A stretch of DNA of 64,000 nucleotides from Lama glama. Taxonomy: Eukaryota. Location: contig CM052816.1 in the NCBI GenBank assembly GCA_028534125.1, positions 47,556,001-47,620,000 on the forward strand, written 5' to 3'. Position numbers and translations under genes: made by a program. The notes below the pieces were generated by a model. The model ran no database searches, was not told the origin of the DNA, and worked only from the letters and a program-made list of their open reading frames with translations. Shown here piece after piece: positions 62,230-64,000 of this stretch (its first letter is position 1; every line of letters begins with the position of its first letter).

Positions 62230-62700
62230 GATCCTATCTCTATCACAATTAGATTTTGTCTTCAACACGTCACCAAAAAGTGGTCTTAACATGGTCAGCA
62301 GTGATAGAAATCTTGCTAAATCCAATGAGTAACACTTAGTCCTCAACCTGTTTGATGCATCAATAGCATTTAAATTATATTGCATGCCTTGTCACTGTCC
62401 TGGATTTCTTCTGCCTCACTGGCTGCTTCTCCTTGGTCTCTTTCACTTTTTTGGCCTTTAAACTTTGCAATATCCCAGGGCCTATTCTCTGTCTACCCTC
62501 AATCCATGGAGGAAGCCTTACATTTCTTAGCTTTAAATACTGTCTACACACTGAAATTTCCAAATCTGTTTCTTCAGCCCCAAAACATTCTCTGCAATTT
62601 AGATTTTTATATCTAGTTACTTATGCACCATCTTCATTTGGCTGTTTAACAGCAATACAAGATTGAGTTTCTAGTCTTCACCCTTCCTTTACCAACTCTC
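62230..62700 (+). mobile_element. L2 fragment
   Basis: ttgctaaatccaatg...cttagtcctc...gcattt; ttagctttaaatactgtctacacactga. Confidence 0.6.
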
Positions 62701-62789
62701 TCTGGCTCCCTCCACCTAAAAAAAACAAAAACCAACCAAACAAACATAAAAACCTCTGCCCCAACCAGTCTTCCCGCTTTAGGCCTGCA

Positions 62790-63206
62790 AATTGAGCAGG
62801 CGTGGTGTTAGATTGGAGACTATGCATGGGCCCAGGAGCTGGGCTCCTCCTGGAGGCTGAAAGCCTGACTTGTCAGGTGTGGAGCCTGATGTTAATTGCT
62901 GGGTATGTTATCAACCCTTGAGGAGACCAGTGTGGTGGCATTTGATTAATTTAATCAAGCCCTGCCTTCCCTGGAGGTGCATTTATGTGTTGGGATGAAC
63001 TAAGCCATAATAATACTTAAGAATTCTCTCTGGATAAGGCTGAAGCCGTCCTCCAAGGTCCTTTGCCTAAAACAGAACTTGGTTAGCTTCAGCCTCTTCC
63101 CTGTCTTGTTTTCGCCACCCTTTATCGGTTCCACCTGTGAGCACTTTCTTACTAAATCACTAACCCATGAATCCTTGCGTCAGGCCCCGCTTCCGGGGAC
63201 TCAAGC
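62790..63206 (+). mobile_element. ERVL-class solo LTR remnant
   Basis: 3' end gagcactttcttactaaatcactaacccatgaatccttgcgtcaggccccgcttccgggga resembles the recalled ERVL LTR terminus (aataaatcacttgcac...aatcctcgtctcagg.tctgcttctgggga). Confidence 0.6.
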
Positions 63207-63346
63207 CCCCGCTTCCGGGGATTCAAGCCTCCCCACTATTCTACGAGCCCTGCAAACCCAGCTCCCTTCCTCCGGTCTCTTCTCAGCGTCTGCCGGCTGT
63301 CCTCTGCGTTAAGGTCCAGCTAGCAGTGCGAGAATTCAGGGTAAGT
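63170..63346 (+). promoter_or_regulatory. Candidate promoter and non-coding first exon: 2 x 22-bp repeat with ETS core, CpG-retaining, donor AGG|gtaagt at 63340/63341
   Basis: ccccgcttccgggga(c/t)tcaagc at 63185-63206 and 63207-63228; local CpG excess; consensus 5' splice site. Confidence 0.45.
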
Positions 63347-64000
63347 GTCTGGAATTACCTCGACCAAATACTACAGTTCGTTTACTTTTAGAGCTGCAGT
63401 TATCCCTGTGAAGGTATTCTTGTGCCTTGGCATCGTCCGTCTTATTCCAGCGGCAGTGGCTTAGGGAAAGCTTTACTTTCAAAGGTCGTGTTGATTTCTC
63501 CCCCTATGTTAGGCGCAAGATGTCTGAGAAGCTCATACGTGAGACCTTTACTATTATGCAACCAACTTAAAACAGAAATTTTAATTTTTAAAAGTAGTTA
63601 CTTAATAAACATACAAGGCTAACTCCATTGAGTTTCTGGTGCTGTTGGTATCTACCGACAATCAAACAGATACCAAGAATTTCTCACCTAAAAATAAATG
63701 ATAGTGTTGATAATGGCTCTGGTTTGTTAAGACTGTTTTAAACAATAACTGCGTGTCACTCTAAGTTGTACTTTATTTGTTAAAAGAACATTCAGATTTC
63801 TTCCTAATTCAAACCTTGGTTTAAAAAAAGCATAATTGGGAATTGAACTGAACTAACTTTGGATTCACTTTCCTAGCTAAGCTGATTTTTTTTCATGTTT
63901 TAATTGCTCCCTAATTTCTCTATTATTGCTGCATGTCCTAAAATAAATTTTCCATCTGCTCTTTCCATGTTTGATTGTCATGTTGGTTCTCTTTGAAACT

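Noticed and set aside
1..64000. CRISPR arrays, operons or other prokaryotic and viral systems
   Set aside because: No regularly spaced repeats, low coding density and clear mammalian repeats; the LTRs are solo, with no gag/pol/env seen.

Overview
Mammalian nuclear DNA, AT-rich and repeat-rich. It is probably from a camelid, judging by two tRNA-derived SINEs that match my recollection of the camelid Vic-1 type. I can support no intact protein-coding gene, RNA gene or prokaryote-type system. Much of the window is interspersed repeat (L1 of several ages, L2, MIR, MaLR/ERV LTRs, hAT DNA-transposon fossils), and there is one 100-N assembly gap. Four observations stand out. (1) A chain of minus-strand segments from about 34 kb to the left edge has canonical splice sites, several phase-compatible joins and helical/coiled-coil-like translations with scattered stops; it looks like a decayed multi-exon gene (candidate unitary pseudogene) that I cannot name. 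(2) A 3.5-kb L1 keeps its 5' end but lacks RT, 3'UTR and poly(A), yet is flanked by a perfect 16-bp target-site duplication, the signature of internal priming. (3) An ERVL-type LTR end carries duplicated ETS motifs, retained CpGs and a strong downstream splice donor (candidate LTR-derived promoter). (4) A repeat-poor stretch holds a twice-repeated POU palindrome plus octamer module. Repeat family names come from recalled consensus sequences, and boundaries without a TSD or TIR are approximate.
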